Shown here in pieces: positions 18,111-27,654 of a stretch of DNA of 64,000 nt. Location of the stretch: positions 9,092-73,091 of the forward strand of contig JAUSJT010000003.1 in assembly GCA_030647485.1 (NCBI GenBank). The letters run 5' to 3'. Position 1 is the first letter of the stretch, and each line of letters begins with the position of its first letter. A program made the position numbers and the translations under genes. The notes below the pieces were generated by a model, which saw nothing but the letters and a program-made list of their open reading frames with translations, was not told the DNA's origin and ran no database searches. Source of the DNA: a bacterium (GTDB lineage: Bacteria; Patescibacteriota; Minisyncoccia; Minisyncoccales; UBA10102).

Positions 18111-18794
18111 ATGTATTCACGGTATTATACGTTTAAACCCAAAGCTGTTAGGTTGCGTAAGGCTGGGAAAACATACGGAGAGATTAAGAAGATACTTAGA
18201 GAATCAATCTCAAAGAGTACCTTATCGCATTGGTTTCGGGATATTATACTTACTAAGATTCAGCAAGGACGGCTGCAGAAGCGAGTTTCCATAAACATAA
18301 AAAGGGCACAGATCAAGGCTTGGGCGGTTAATAAAAAAAGAAGAGAGGAATATATTCAGAATGTCCGAGATCGTGTGAGACATTTTCCGAATGAATTGCG
18401 TAGGAAAAAGAGTGCGAAGATTGCACTTGCGATGCTCTATCTAGGGGAGGGGGCAAAGACCAACGGTGGATCTTTAATGTTTGGTAATTCAGATCCCTCT
18501 GTTATATGCCTGTTTCTTCATTTATTACGGTATTGCTATGATATTGATGAAAAGAAATTTCGCTGTACGCTTCAGTGTCGTTCCGATCAAAATATTGAAA
18601 AGTTAGAGAAATTTTGGTCACGCATGACACAAATTCCTCCATCGCAATTTTATAAAGCAAGAGTTGATCCAAGAACAATTGGGAAACCGTCACGAAACCT
18701 TGAATACAAAGGGGTTTGCAGAATAGACTATTTTTCCGGTGAGATTTTTATAGAGTTGCAACAGATTGTAGAAGTGCTTTATACGGGCCGTTAG
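18111..18794 (+). CDS. HTH plus single LAGLIDADG-like domain protein between tRNAs
   Basis: AVRLRKAGKTYGEI...ISKSTLSHW HTH; LAMLYLGEGAK...FGNSDP; AT-rich. Confidence 0.65.
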   Translation: MYSRYYTFKPKAVRLRKAGKTYGEIKKILRESISKSTLSHWFRDIILTKIQQGRLQKRVSINIKRAQIKAWAVNKKRREEYIQNVRDRVRHFPNELRRKKSAKIALAMLYLGEGAKTNGGSLMFGNSDPSVICLFLHLLRYCYDIDEKKFRCTLQCRSDQNIEKLEKFWSRMTQIPPSQFYKARVDPRTIGKPSRNLEYKGVCRIDYFSGEIFIELQQIVEVLYTGR

Positions 18795-18856
18795 CGCAGT
18801 GGTAGCGCACCTCGCTGGCAGCGAGGGGGTCGGGGGTTCGAATCCCCCACGGTCCA
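18785..18856 (+). tRNA. tRNA-Ala(GGC)
   Basis: GGGCCGTTAGCGCAGTGGTAGCGC...CTGGCAG...GTTCGAATCCCCCACGGTCCA; G3:U70 pair. Confidence 0.93.
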
Positions 18857-18867
18857 CATTGGCAAAG

Positions 18868-18955
18868 GGAGGGGTACCGAAGTGGTCATAACGGGACGGT
18901 CTCGAAAACCGTTTGCCCCGCAAGGGGCCCGTGAGTTCGAATCTCACCCCCTCCG
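18868..18955 (+). tRNA. tRNA-Ser(CGA)
   Basis: Anticodon loop CTCGAAA, long variable arm. Confidence 0.93.
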
Positions 18956-19051
18956 CACTTCGTCGCTTCCGCTCCTCAGTGCCTTCGGCCCATAATAGAG
19001 GCGACGAAGTCGCTGAGCGCAGTGAAGCGCTACATTAAATTTGCAAAGAAT

Positions 19052-19417
19052 ATGATTTCTTTTTTTAATCAAAACAAAAAAAGCCCGTCTGCCCTTTCAA
19101 AAGAATCTCAAAAGCGCGTTGAGCAGCTAGAGAAGAGGGTTGGGGAGCTTTCAAAAAGCCTTGAAGAGTTGAAACAAGGCATGAAAAAAGCGCTTGTGAA
19201 AGTGGGCGTGGTGAGGTTTAACCCGTTTCATGAGACCGGAGGCGACCAAAGCTTTGCCATTGCTTTGCTTGATGAGTACAACACAGGGTTTGTGATTATG
19301 AGCCATTATATGAAAGATTATAACCGTGTGTACGCGAAACCCATCATCAAGGGAGTTTCAGAGTATATGTTGTCTGAAGAAGAAAAGGAAGCAATGGAAA
19401 AAGCAATGAATCCATGA
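19052..19417 (+). CDS. DUF4446-like protein
   Basis: Coiled coil then KVGVVRFNPF...GGDQSFAIALLD...YAKPI...LSEEE. Confidence 0.8.
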   Translation: MISFFNQNKKSPSALSKESQKRVEQLEKRVGELSKSLEELKQGMKKALVKVGVVRFNPFHETGGDQSFAIALLDEYNTGFVIMSHYMKDYNRVYAKPIIKGVSEYMLSEEEKEAMEKAMNP

Positions 19418-20916
19418 ACAAAGAATCTGCGGTACAACAAAAAGTTCAGGTAAGACCCCCTGTGGTAGTGGTGCTGGGCCATGTTGATCACGGTAAGTCC
19501 TCTCTCCTAGAAGCCATACGAGAAGATTTTAAGATTACCTCAAAAGAATCAGGGGGCATAACGCAACATATGGGGGCGTACGTCGTTGAGTATCAGGGTA
19601 AATCAATTACTTTTCTTGATACTCCCGGCCATGAGGCTTTTTCTGCAATGCGGGCTCGCGGGGCAAATGTGGCAGACATAGCAGTGCTTGTGGTTGCGGC
19701 AGACGAGGGCGTGAAACTTCAAACCAAGGAAGCCATAGAGCAGGCAAAGAAGGCCGGTCTTCCCTTGATTGTTGCGCTGAATAAAATAGACAAGCTGGAA
19801 GCGAACCCAGAGCGCGTGAAGCAAGAGCTTGGCCAGGAGGAGATTTTTGTAGAGTCGTTTGGAGGGAAGGTCCCCTGCATAGAAACATCAGCCACAACCA
19901 AGAAAGGCATTTCAGAACTCCTTGAGATGATCCTGTTGATGGCAGACCTTGAACACAAGAACATAGATCCGGATAAAGCAGGAGAGGGAGTCGTGATTGA
20001 ATCGTCCATGGATTCAAGGCGCGGCCCTCTAGCAACCCTTTTAGTGCAGAATGGAAGCGTGAGGGCAGGAGATGTTATAGCAACCAAGTCAGCCGTGGGA
20101 AAAGTGAGGACGCTGCAGGATTTTCAGGGGGCGTCTGTGTCCTCGGGCCTTCCTGCAATGCCAGTATTAATAGTTGGGTTTGAGGCATGCCCTCAAGTCG
20201 GAGAAACTTTCCAGGTGTTTGAGAGTGAAGAAGTAGCACGGGCGCAGCTTGTAGTTTCTCCTTTGGGGCGGCCTGTGCAGGCCATTGCTATTCCCCAAGG
20301 AGCTAAGACACTTGACCTTGTATTAAAGGTAGACATGGCAGGATCTTTGGAAGTGCTCTCGCATGCGCTTCTTTCTTTACCTCAAGAAAATGTGTTTGTG
20401 CGTCTTGTTGACGCAGGAGTAGGGGTTATAGGGGACAAAGACGTGAGGTTAGCTCAAGGCACGCATGCCCGCATTATTGGATTCCGTACGCAGGTAGACC
20501 CTACCGCAGGAGATCTTGCGCAGCGAGAAGGTATTGTTATTGAAACATTTGACGTTATCTATGACTTGATTCAAAGGGTGCGAACGTGGATGGAACAAGA
20601 AATAGTGCAAGAGCTCGTCACCGTGGAGATAGGGGCTCTTTCTGTGCTTGCGGTATTCCTTACGGAGAAGAATAGGCAAATCATTGGCGGCAAGGTTACG
20701 GATGGCGAGGTTCGCAAAAAGAGCCAGATGAAGATTTTTCGTGGGGAAGCAGAATTAGGAACTGGGAAAATCATTAATCTTCAGAAAGATAAGAAAGACA
20801 CGGAGGTTGCGGTCAGAGGAGAGGAATGCGGTATTCTCTACGAGGGTTCCGTGAAGATTCAGCAAGGCGATATTCTTAAGTTTTCAATTCAGGAATTGCA
20901 AAATAAAGTATTGTGA
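19414..20916 (+). CDS. infB: Translation initiation factor IF-2 (short form)
   Basis: [34 protein letters not shown]. Confidence 0.97.
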   Translation: MNKESAVQQKVQVRPPVVVVLGHVDHGKSSLLEAIREDFKITSKESGGITQHMGAYVVEYQGKSITFLDTPGHEAFSAMRARGANVADIAVLVVAADEGVKLQTKEAIEQAKKAGLPLIVALNKIDKLEANPERVKQELGQEEIFVESFGGKVPCIETSATTKKGISELLEMILLMADLEHKNIDPDKAGEGVVIESSMDSRRGPLATLLVQNGSVRAGDVIATKSAVGKVRTLQDFQGASVSSGLPAMPVLIVGFEACPQVGETFQVFESEEVARAQLVVSPLGRPVQAIAIPQGAKTLDLVLKVDMAGSLEVLSHALLSLPQENVFVRLVDAGVGVIGDKDVRLAQGTHARIIGFRTQVDPTAGDLAQREGIVIETFDVIYDLIQRVRTWMEQEIVQELVTVEIGALSVLAVFLTEKNRQIIGGKVTDGEVRKKSQMKIFRGEAELGTGKIINLQKDKKDTEVAVRGEECGILYEGSVKIQQGDILKFSIQELQNKVL

Positions 20917-21254
20917 ATCCTCGTATCCCAAAGGTTAATCAACTTCTGCAAGAAGAGTTAGGAGAGATCCTTTTAAGGGAGCTCGATCTTCCAGACGGAG
21001 TGTTGGTTACGATTACTCGCGTGGATGCTTCGGGCAACTTGCAAGAAGCTAGGGTATATATTAGTGTAATGCCAGAGGCAAGGAGTGAAGAGGTAATGCT
21101 GGGCCTTGAGAGAGATATTTTTAGTATTCAGCAAGCGTTGAACAAGAGATTGCGCATGCGGCCAGTGCCCCGCATTAAATGGACTGTTGAAACAAAAACT
21201 TCTGAAGCCCAGAGGATAGAAGAGTTATTGGAAAAGACGAAGGAAGAAAAATAG
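20913..21254 (+). CDS. rbfA: Ribosome-binding factor A
   Basis: VTITRVD...ARVYIS...LRMRPVPRI; follows infB. Confidence 0.92.
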   Translation: MNPRIPKVNQLLQEELGEILLRELDLPDGVLVTITRVDASGNLQEARVYISVMPEARSEEVMLGLERDIFSIQQALNKRLRMRPVPRIKWTVETKTSEAQRIEELLEKTKEEK

Positions 21255-21256
21255 CT

Positions 21257-21328
21257 GGCCGCGTAGTCAAGTGGTAAGACAAGGGACTGCAAATCCCTTA
21301 TACGGGAGTTCGATTCTCCCCGCGGCCT
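21257..21328 (+). tRNA. tRNA-Cys(GCA)
   Basis: Anticodon loop CTGCAAA, U discriminator. Confidence 0.93.
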
Positions 21329-21372
21329 CTAAAACTTAATGAGATTAAGTTTAACTTAGTTAAACTAAGTTT

Positions 21373-21455
21373 GCCGCGGTGATGGAAAGGTAGACATGAG
21401 GGGCTTAAAACCCCTTGCTCGAAAGGGCGTGTGGGTTCGATTCCCGCCCGCGGCA
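21373..21455 (+). tRNA. tRNA-Leu(TAA)
   Basis: Anticodon loop CTTAAAA, variable arm, acceptor GCCGCGG/CCGCGGC. Confidence 0.93.
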
Positions 21456-21471
21456 CAACTATAGATACAAT

Positions 21472-22212
21472 ATGAAGAGGCATATCGACAAAGATTTTTT
21501 TAAGATCTGGACCGGAGAGATGAGCTATGTTCTAGGGTATATTGTTGCGGATGGCTGTATTTATAAAAGGAAAGATAGAAAGGATAGTTATATTTTAAAC
21601 ATCACATCTAAGGATCGAGACCACTTAGTGAGCATAAACAAAAGTTTACATTCTGACTACCCAATAAGCATAAAATATAATTCTCAGCGGATGCCCCATT
21701 CTCAAATCCAAATCTCCAACTTAGAGATTTGCAAAGATCTCATGAATTTGGGGATATTACCCAGAAAAACAATTCATCTAGAGCCCATTAGTGCCCCAGA
21801 TAAATACTTTTTCGATTTTGTACGTGGATTTTTTGATGGCGACGGTAGCGTTTATATCTATATAGTAAATGGAGTCTCACAAATTAAGGTAAATTTTGTC
21901 AGTACTAGCTATTCTTTTCTAGATAATTTTAATTCACATCTTTGCAGGGATCTGGGTATTTCTCAAAAATCTATACACAGATTATTACCAAAAGATGATC
22001 GAAGACTCATCAAATATTCTATTGATTTTTATATTAGTGATTGTGAAAAATTAGCAAAGTATCTCTACGAGAATGATCCAGCCCTCTATCTTACTCGTAA
22101 ACGAAGAATCTTTGAAGATTGGAAGTCAAAACCGCGTCGCCAGTATATTAAGAAAAATTATCCTTCAAAAGTTGGTTGGCATCTGAATCAACAAGTTTCT
22201 GTACTTAATTAA
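21472..22212 (+). CDS. Free-standing two-motif LAGLIDADG homing endonuclease-like protein
   Basis: YVLGYIVADGCI and FVRGFFDGDGSV; AT-rich. Confidence 0.85.
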   Translation: MKRHIDKDFFKIWTGEMSYVLGYIVADGCIYKRKDRKDSYILNITSKDRDHLVSINKSLHSDYPISIKYNSQRMPHSQIQISNLEICKDLMNLGILPRKTIHLEPISAPDKYFFDFVRGFFDGDGSVYIYIVNGVSQIKVNFVSTSYSFLDNFNSHLCRDLGISQKSIHRLLPKDDRRLIKYSIDFYISDCEKLAKYLYENDPALYLTRKRRIFEDWKSKPRRQYIKKNYPSKVGWHLNQQVSVLN

Positions 22213-22222
22213 CAAACTTGTA

Positions 22223-22257
22223 GCAAGGCCATGCGAGTTCGACTCTCGCCTTGGGCA
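22223..22257 (+). pseudogene. Orphan 3' half of a class II (Leu-like) tRNA
   Basis: GCAAGGCC-AT-GCGAG-TTCGACT-CTCGC-CTTGGGC-A: variable-arm end, T-arm, acceptor strand. Confidence 0.75.
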
Positions 22258-22260
22258 CTA

Positions 22261-22294
22261 AAACAAAAAGCGGGCTTGAGCCCGTCTTTTGTTT
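22261..22294. terminator. Bidirectional terminator
   Basis: AAACAAAAAGCGGGC-TTGA-GCCCGTCTTTTGTTT. Confidence 0.75.
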
Positions 22295-22306
22295 GTCCTA
22301 ATTGTC

Positions 22307-22795
22307 CTACCCTTCAATGACTTGGATATTGGTGTACTTTGCGCCAAAGTTTAATGCTTCAGAATAGCTGGGAAACCAAATGTCTACCACATATTTCTGC
22401 CTTGGGTGCATTCGGTCCTCTACTACAAAGATTTTGTCTCCGTATAAGTCAGGAAGCTTGATCCTGGTTCCTATAGGCAAGAAGTTTGCGGCAACCACTC
22501 CTTCTCGCACGGTAGTGCCTGAAGCTGTGATAAAGGGGCTATCGTCTGTCTGCCACGTTGTGGAAGAGTATGCTGTGACTACCACAGAAACGGTGCGCAA
22601 GACGTAGTCTGGGCCTTTGGGAGCGGCAATAGGGAGAAGGGCAGACCCTTGAGAAACCGCAAGCTCTTCAAAATCTGGAGCTTGGGTAAGGAAAGACCCT
22701 TGTTTCCCGTAGCTTTCATGGGCAAGATCAGGGAAAAGGCTGAATGTCAGTATGCCCAGGGTTAGGACAAGCAATGTTTTGTTTGGTGTTTTCAT
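22307..22795 (-). CDS. Secreted 3D-domain protein
   Basis: VTAYSS...TASG...VAAN...VEDR...VDIW; N-terminal signal/TM. Confidence 0.85.
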   Translation of the reverse strand: MKTPNKTLLVLTLGILTFSLFPDLAHESYGKQGSFLTQAPDFEELAVSQGSALLPIAAPKGPDYVLRTVSVVVTAYSSTTWQTDDSPFITASGTTVREGVVAANFLPIGTRIKLPDLYGDKIFVVEDRMHPRQKYVVDIWFPSYSEALNFGAKYTNIQVIEG

Positions 22796-22992
22796 AAAAA
22801 GCCCCTTTTGAGGGCGCCTATAGTATATGCTAAAGGAGGGGAAAAGTCAAGGGGTTGCAGGCAAGGCACAATCAAGGAGTGGTATGGAGGAGGGGTACTT
22901 TTCCACAGATGGCTATTTGACAGCGTATGTTGCAGTGGTAGAATTCAATGTGCGATTGGGCTTTTTTTATTGTACAGTACTCTTGACATAGT

Positions 22993-23008
22993 ATACAATA
23001 TATTGACT
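22993..23008 (+). promoter_or_regulatory. Putative NrdR box
   Basis: ATACAATATATTGACT resembles the acaCwAtATaTwGtg consensus, directly upstream of nrdR-nrdJ. Confidence 0.65.
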
Positions 23009-23017
23009 AGTTGAGGC

Positions 23018-23470
23018 ATGAAATGTCCTGTTTGTCAAAGTTCCACAAAAGTAACAAATTCAAGGGGGGCAGACCACGGAAGGGCCATTAAAAGAAGGCG
23101 CGTATGCCTGCAGTGCAAGAGACGCTTCACCTCCTATGAGCGCATTGAGCTGGTAGGGTTAACCGTGATAAAGCGCAACAGGTCAAAAGAGCCGTATCTG
23201 CGCCATAAGATAGAGTTAGGGCTTCGGAAAGCCCTAGAGAAGCGATCCGTCATAGAAGATCAGTTCCAGAAGCTTGTTTCTGCCATAGAAAATGACATTT
23301 TCAGCCTTGAAAAGGACACGGTTTCTTCCGAGCAGATAGGGCACATTGTACTTTCGCATCTCAAGGATTTTGATCAAGTTGCGTACCTTCGTTTTGCTTC
23401 CGTGCATAGGCATTTTAAGAGCGCACGGGCGTTTGAAAAAGAGATACAAAAATTAGAAAAGGCAAAATGA
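23018..23470 (+). CDS. nrdR: Transcriptional repressor NrdR
   Basis: MKCPVC...RRRVCLQCKRRFTSYE Zn ribbon, ATP cone, VAYLRFASV. Confidence 0.96.
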   Translation: MKCPVCQSSTKVTNSRGADHGRAIKRRRVCLQCKRRFTSYERIELVGLTVIKRNRSKEPYLRHKIELGLRKALEKRSVIEDQFQKLVSAIENDIFSLEKDTVSSEQIGHIVLSHLKDFDQVAYLRFASVHRHFKSARAFEKEIQKLEKAK

Positions 23471-26400
23471 TAACACTCACCAAAAAGGAGAAAGGGAGTA
23501 TCAATGGCAGATTTTCGGACAATGCGTTGCGCATGATGAAGAAGCGTTATCTCGCAGTAGACGAGAAAGGCAATCAGGAAACTCCGGCAGATATGTTCTT
23601 GCGCGTTGCAGCTTCTTTAGGTGAGGTGGAGAAAGAATACAAGAAAAGCCAAGCAGTCCAAGACAAGGTGACGCGGGATTTTTTTGACATCATGGCATCA
23701 AAAGAGTACACGCCAGCCGGCCGCACACTCACGAATTCCGGAGGGGATACTGCTTTGATTGCAAACTGCATTGTGCTTCCTATTCACGATTCCATGGAGA
23801 GCATCTTTCAGACACTGAAGGATGCTGCTTTGCTGCAGCAGGCAGGGTGCGGCTTGGGGTTTGACCTTTCTGAAATGCGGCCCGCCGACTTTGTCACCAA
23901 AAAATCACGAGGGCGGGCATCAGGTCCCGTCTCGTTTCTTAGGGTATATGACGCCGCATTCGCCACCATAAAACAGCAGGGCAGGCATGGGGCAAATATG
24001 GCCATGATGAGGGTGGATCATCCAGACGTTCTGGACTTTATTCATTCCAAGAAAAAGGAGGGAGAGATGCGAAATTTCAATATTTCCGTCACCATCACAG
24101 ACGAGTTTATGAAGGCCTTAGAGAAAACTCCCAATGCCCAGTGGATGTGCGAGTTTGGAGGTAAGAAGTATAAGCCCCACAACGTATTCCGCCATCCCAA
24201 CGGAGCTGTGTTTGGTTCGGAAGAAGTGGATATCACGGTAAAGCAGCTTTTTGACGAGCTGGTAGACTACGCGTGGTTGAACGGGGAGCCTGGCATTGCG
24301 TTTATTGATACGGTAAATAAAACTAATCCCCTGCCGGGCTTGGGCAAGATTGCGTCTTCTAACCCATGCGTGACGGGTGATACCCTTGTATCAACTAGTC
24401 ATGGCTTTCTTTCTATGGAGCGATTAGCTAAAGAATACGCTTCAGGCGGTCTTTACCTTGCCCAGGATTCTCGTACTCCTCGTGCGAGGTTTGTTCAAGT
24501 AGCAAAACTTGTTGCGGCGGGCGTATCCCAAGAAGATGTTGAGTACCAAAATATTCTTTCTTTTGAGAGGAGCGAGGAAGCGGTTCCAGGAACGCTGGTA
24601 AGGGCTTGGGAGACAGGGGTAAAGCCAGTGTATCGGCTTATTACTAATTCCGGGTATGAACTTGAGCTTACCAAAGATCACAAGGTGTTTACTCCTCAGG
24701 GGAAAACTCAACTTAAGGATCTTAAGCAAGGAGACAAGATTCTTCTTCAGTCTCAAGAAGGACTCTGGAGCAGTAAACACGAACTTTCCTTTGTTTCGCA
24801 GAATACCGTCAGAGGAAAGAATGGACATACCTACTCTTATAATTTTCCTTCTCGGTGGAGTCAGGAACTCGGTCAGGTACTTGGTTGGCTTATTGGAGAC
24901 GGCTGGATACGGGATATTCCAAAACAGTATATGGTTGGCTTTACTTTTGCACAGGAAGATAAGGAAGTTATGGAGTATCTCAAGCCAATCCTCAATGCGT
25001 GGTATAAAAACTCTGTTCGCAAGGAGATAAAGCGGGGGAACGGGGTGTATCATCTTGACTATGGCGCAAAGGAGTTTGTTCAATTTTTCAAAACACTCGG
25101 AGTAAAAGCAGTCAAGGCAGAAAACAAGGAAGTTCCTCTTGCTCTATGGACGGCTCCTCGAGAAGCGGTTACCGGTTTCCTGCAGGGTTTGTTTAGCGCC
25201 GACGGGACTATTAACATCTACGAAAAAAACCAGACGCGATACATCCGGCTTACTTCGAAATCAGAGAAGCTTTTGAAACAGACGCAAATTTTGCTTCTTA
25301 ATCTTGGTATTCGCTCCACTATTTACAATAGAAGCAGAAAGCCATCCGTGAAAATGGGGTACCAGAATGACGGTATCTGTTTTGAGTTGCAGATTGCGAG
25401 AACAAATATAGGGACATTTTTTGAAAAGATTGGATTTCTTGGCAATCACTATACACGAAAAGCAGAAACCCTCAAAGAGAAGAGATATTATGGAGAGTAT
25501 TTTGAGGACGAAGTGAAAGAAATAGAGTATGTAGGAATAAAAAAGGTGTATGATCTTACCGAGTCACTCACCCATTCTTTTATTGCTAATGGTATTGTTG
25601 TATCAAATTGCGGAGAACAATTCCTGCATGCGTATGACGAATGTAATCTAGGGTCTATTAACCTTGCAATGTTCGTGAAAGACAAGAAGATTGATTTCAA
25701 GAGACTGGGATTTGTGACGAGAACAGCAACCCGCCTCATGGACAACGTTATAGACCGCTTTGACTTCCCCGTTCCCCAGGTTACCCAAATGGCAAAGAGT
25801 AACAGAAGGATTGGTCTTGGCATTATGGGATTTGCCGACATGCTTTATCAATTGGGAGTTCAGTATAATTCCAAGGAAGGATTTGCAATGGGAGAAAGAG
25901 TCATGGGGTGTATCACAGACGAATCCCACAAAATGTCAGAAGTTCTTGCAAAAGAGAAAGGTGTGTTCCCCAATTGGAAAAAGAGCGTGTTTGCAAAAAA
26001 GAAAGTGAAGATGCGCAACGCGGCATTAACCACAGTTGCTCCCACGGGGTCTATTTCCATGATGTTTGACATTTCCTCCGGGATTGAGCCTAACTTTGCT
26101 TTAGCGTACATTAAGCAGGACAAAGACGGCCAGCAATACCGGTATCTCAACGCGCATTTTGAAAAAGCGCTGAATCAGCTGAAGATCGCAAAAGAAGAAA
26201 AGGAGAGGATTATGAAAGAGATTATAGAAAAAGGTACTATTCAGCATTTAACCACCTTGCCTCAAAAATTAAGAAATACCTTTGTGGTATCTATGGATAT
26301 CCCAGGGTTAGACCATATGGAAATGCAGGCTGCGTTCCAGCGGCACGTGGACAACTCTATTTCAAAGACCATTAACTTTGCAAACTCCGCAACAAAAGAG

Positions 26401-27102
26401 GAAATAGCCCAGAGTTTTGTGGCAGCGTGGAAGCTAGGATGCAAGAGCTGTACCGTGTATCGAGACGGAAGCAGGGTTATTCAAATACTCAATGTTGGGT
26501 CAGGAGAGAATATTATTGCTCCCACAGAGGCTCCGGTAAGAGAAGAAAAGAGAGAATTGCAGATAGCAAGCGCTGGGGGCATAGTGCCTCGCCGCAGGCC
26601 AGAGGTTATGGCAGGCAAGACCTATCGCGTGAAAACCGGCTACGGGAAACTTTACGTTACCATTAACAACGATGAAAAGGGCATGCCCTTTGAAGTATTC
26701 GCAACAATTGGGAGGAGCGGAGGGTTCTTCCAGGAGCAGTCAGAAGCAATATGCCGTTTAATGTCCCTTGCTTTGCGCGCAGGAGTAAAGGTGGAAGAAA
26801 TTTCAGACGAATTAAAAGGAATACGGGGGCCTATGCCAACCTTTACCGATAAGGGTACCATTCTTTCTCTTCCTGATGCGTTAGGGAAGATTCTAGAACA
26901 GCATGTTACCACAGCACTACAGATTGAAGATGTTATCGCTCGTCCAGAAAAACAAGAGGTGCTGCCCTTTGTCCCCAAGATAAAAGAAAAGTCTGTTGCG
27001 GACTTTGGATTTATGCCAGGATGCCCAGACTGCGGAGCGCCGCTTCTCATGCAAGAGGGATGTATTTCTTGTCAGGCGTGCGGATTCAGCAGGTGTTCTT
27101 AA
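23467..27102 (+). CDS. nrdJ: Class II (adenosylcobalamin-dependent) ribonucleotide reductase with intein
   Basis: ANC, GANM, NP|intein|CGE, CNLGSINL, APTGSIS, TVYRDGSR, C-terminal Zn ribbon CPDC..CQAC. Confidence 0.93.
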   Translation: MITLTKKEKGSINGRFSDNALRMMKKRYLAVDEKGNQETPADMFLRVAASLGEVEKEYKKSQAVQDKVTRDFFDIMASKEYTPAGRTLTNSGGDTALIANCIVLPIHDSMESIFQTLKDAALLQQAGCGLGFDLSEMRPADFVTKKSRGRASGPVSFLRVYDAAFATIKQQGRHGANMAMMRVDHPDVLDFIHSKKKEGEMRNFNISVTITDEFMKALEKTPNAQWMCEFGGKKYKPHNVFRHPNGAVFGSEEVDITVKQLFDELVDYAWLNGEPGIAFIDTVNKTNPLPGLGKIASSNPCVTGDTLVSTSHGFLSMERLAKEYASGGLYLAQDSRTPRARFVQVAKLVAAGVSQEDVEYQNILSFERSEEAVPGTLVRAWETGVKPVYRLITNSGYELELTKDHKVFTPQGKTQLKDLKQGDKILLQSQEGLWSSKHELSFVSQNTVRGKNGHTYSYNFPSRWSQELGQVLGWLIGDGWIRDIPKQYMVGFTFAQEDKEVMEYLKPILNAWYKNSVRKEIKRGNGVYHLDYGAKEFVQFFKTLGVKAVKAENKEVPLALWTAPREAVTGFLQGLFSADGTINIYEKNQTRYIRLTSKSEKLLKQTQILLLNLGIRSTIYNRSRKPSVKMGYQNDGICFELQIARTNIGTFFEKIGFLGNHYTRKAETLKEKRYYGEYFEDEVKEIEYVGIKKVYDLTESLTHSFIANGIVVSNCGEQFLHAYDECNLGSINLAMFVKDKKIDFKRLGFVTRTATRLMDNVIDRFDFPVPQVTQMAKSNRRIGLGIMGFADMLYQLGVQYNSKEGFAMGERVMGCITDESHKMSEVLAKEKGVFPNWKKSVFAKKKVKMRNAALTTVAPTGSISMMFDISSGIEPNFALAYIKQDKDGQQYRYLNAHFEKALNQLKIAKEEKERIMKEIIEKGTIQHLTTLPQKLRNTFVVSMDIPGLDHMEMQAAFQRHVDNSISKTINFANSATKEEIAQSFVAAWKLGCKSCTVYRDGSRVIQILNVGSGENIIAPTEAPVREEKRELQIASAGGIVPRRRPEVMAGKTYRVKTGYGKLYVTINNDEKGMPFEVFATIGRSGGFFQEQSEAICRLMSLALRAGVKVEEISDELKGIRGPMPTFTDKGTILSLPDALGKILEQHVTTALQIEDVIARPEKQEVLPFVPKIKEKSVADFGFMPGCPDCGAPLLMQEGCISCQACGFSRCS
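24367..25608 (+). mobile_element. Intein with LAGLIDADG endonuclease (414 aa) at the RNR active-site NPC motif
   Basis: Starts CVTGDT, block B TKDH, LGWLIGDG and FLQGLFSADG, ends VYDLT...IVVSN|C. Confidence 0.93.
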
Positions 27103-27111
27103 CCATCCTTC

Positions 27112-27654
27112 ATGGGACTCTTTTTTACTGGCAAGGGAGACAAAGGGTCTTCGCATATAGGGGGAAAAAAATATCCTAAAGATTCTCCCATTGTGGAAGC
27201 ACTGGGTGATTTAGATGAGCTGAATTCCCTGCTCGGAGTGGTAAAAACGCAAATACGAAAGCCCAGCCTTGCAAAAAAACTAGAGGACGTACAAGAGAAC
27301 CTGTTCATTATCCAGGCAAGAATTGCCTGGCTTATGTACCCAAAGTTTCCTTCTCCTCAAATGACGAAAGATAAGATTAAAGCGATGGAGCAGGAAATTG
27401 AAGCGATTGAGAAAAAAATAAAGCCAGAGCGCGGCTTTGTTATTTCAGGCTCTGATATTGTTGCGTCTTGGTTGGATATGCTTCGCGCAGTTTCAAGAAG
27501 GGTAGAAAGAAGGGTTGTGAAGCTTCATAAGACCCGCTTTTTTCCGCAAGAGATTATCACGTATCTCAACCGGCTCTCTTCATATTTGTACGCATTGGCT
27601 CGAGCAGAGGCTGCAGCAAAAAAGATTAAAGAATCTCGCCCCACCTATTTATGA
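27112..27654 (+). CDS. PduO-type ATP:cob(I)alamin adenosyltransferase
   Basis: FTGKGDKG, GDLDELNS, RRVER, YLNRLSSYLY. Confidence 0.92.
   Translation: MGLFFTGKGDKGSSHIGGKKYPKDSPIVEALGDLDELNSLLGVVKTQIRKPSLAKKLEDVQENLFIIQARIAWLMYPKFPSPQMTKDKIKAMEQEIEAIEKKIKPERGFVISGSDIVASWLDMLRAVSRRVERRVVKLHKTRFFPQEIITYLNRLSSYLYALARAEAAAKKIKESRPTYL

Noticed and set aside
19414-20916. Short IF-2 as a pseudogene
   Set aside because: The G domain and C-terminal domains are intact; loss of the N-terminal region is known in reduced genomes.
18067-22222. Group I introns in tRNAs hosting the LAGLIDADG ORFs
   Set aside because: The flanking tRNAs are uninterrupted and the spacers are too short for a ribozyme core.
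22796-23017. Cobalamin riboswitch upstream of the nrd operon
   Set aside because: No recognisable B12-box; only promoter-like sequences and an NrdR box.
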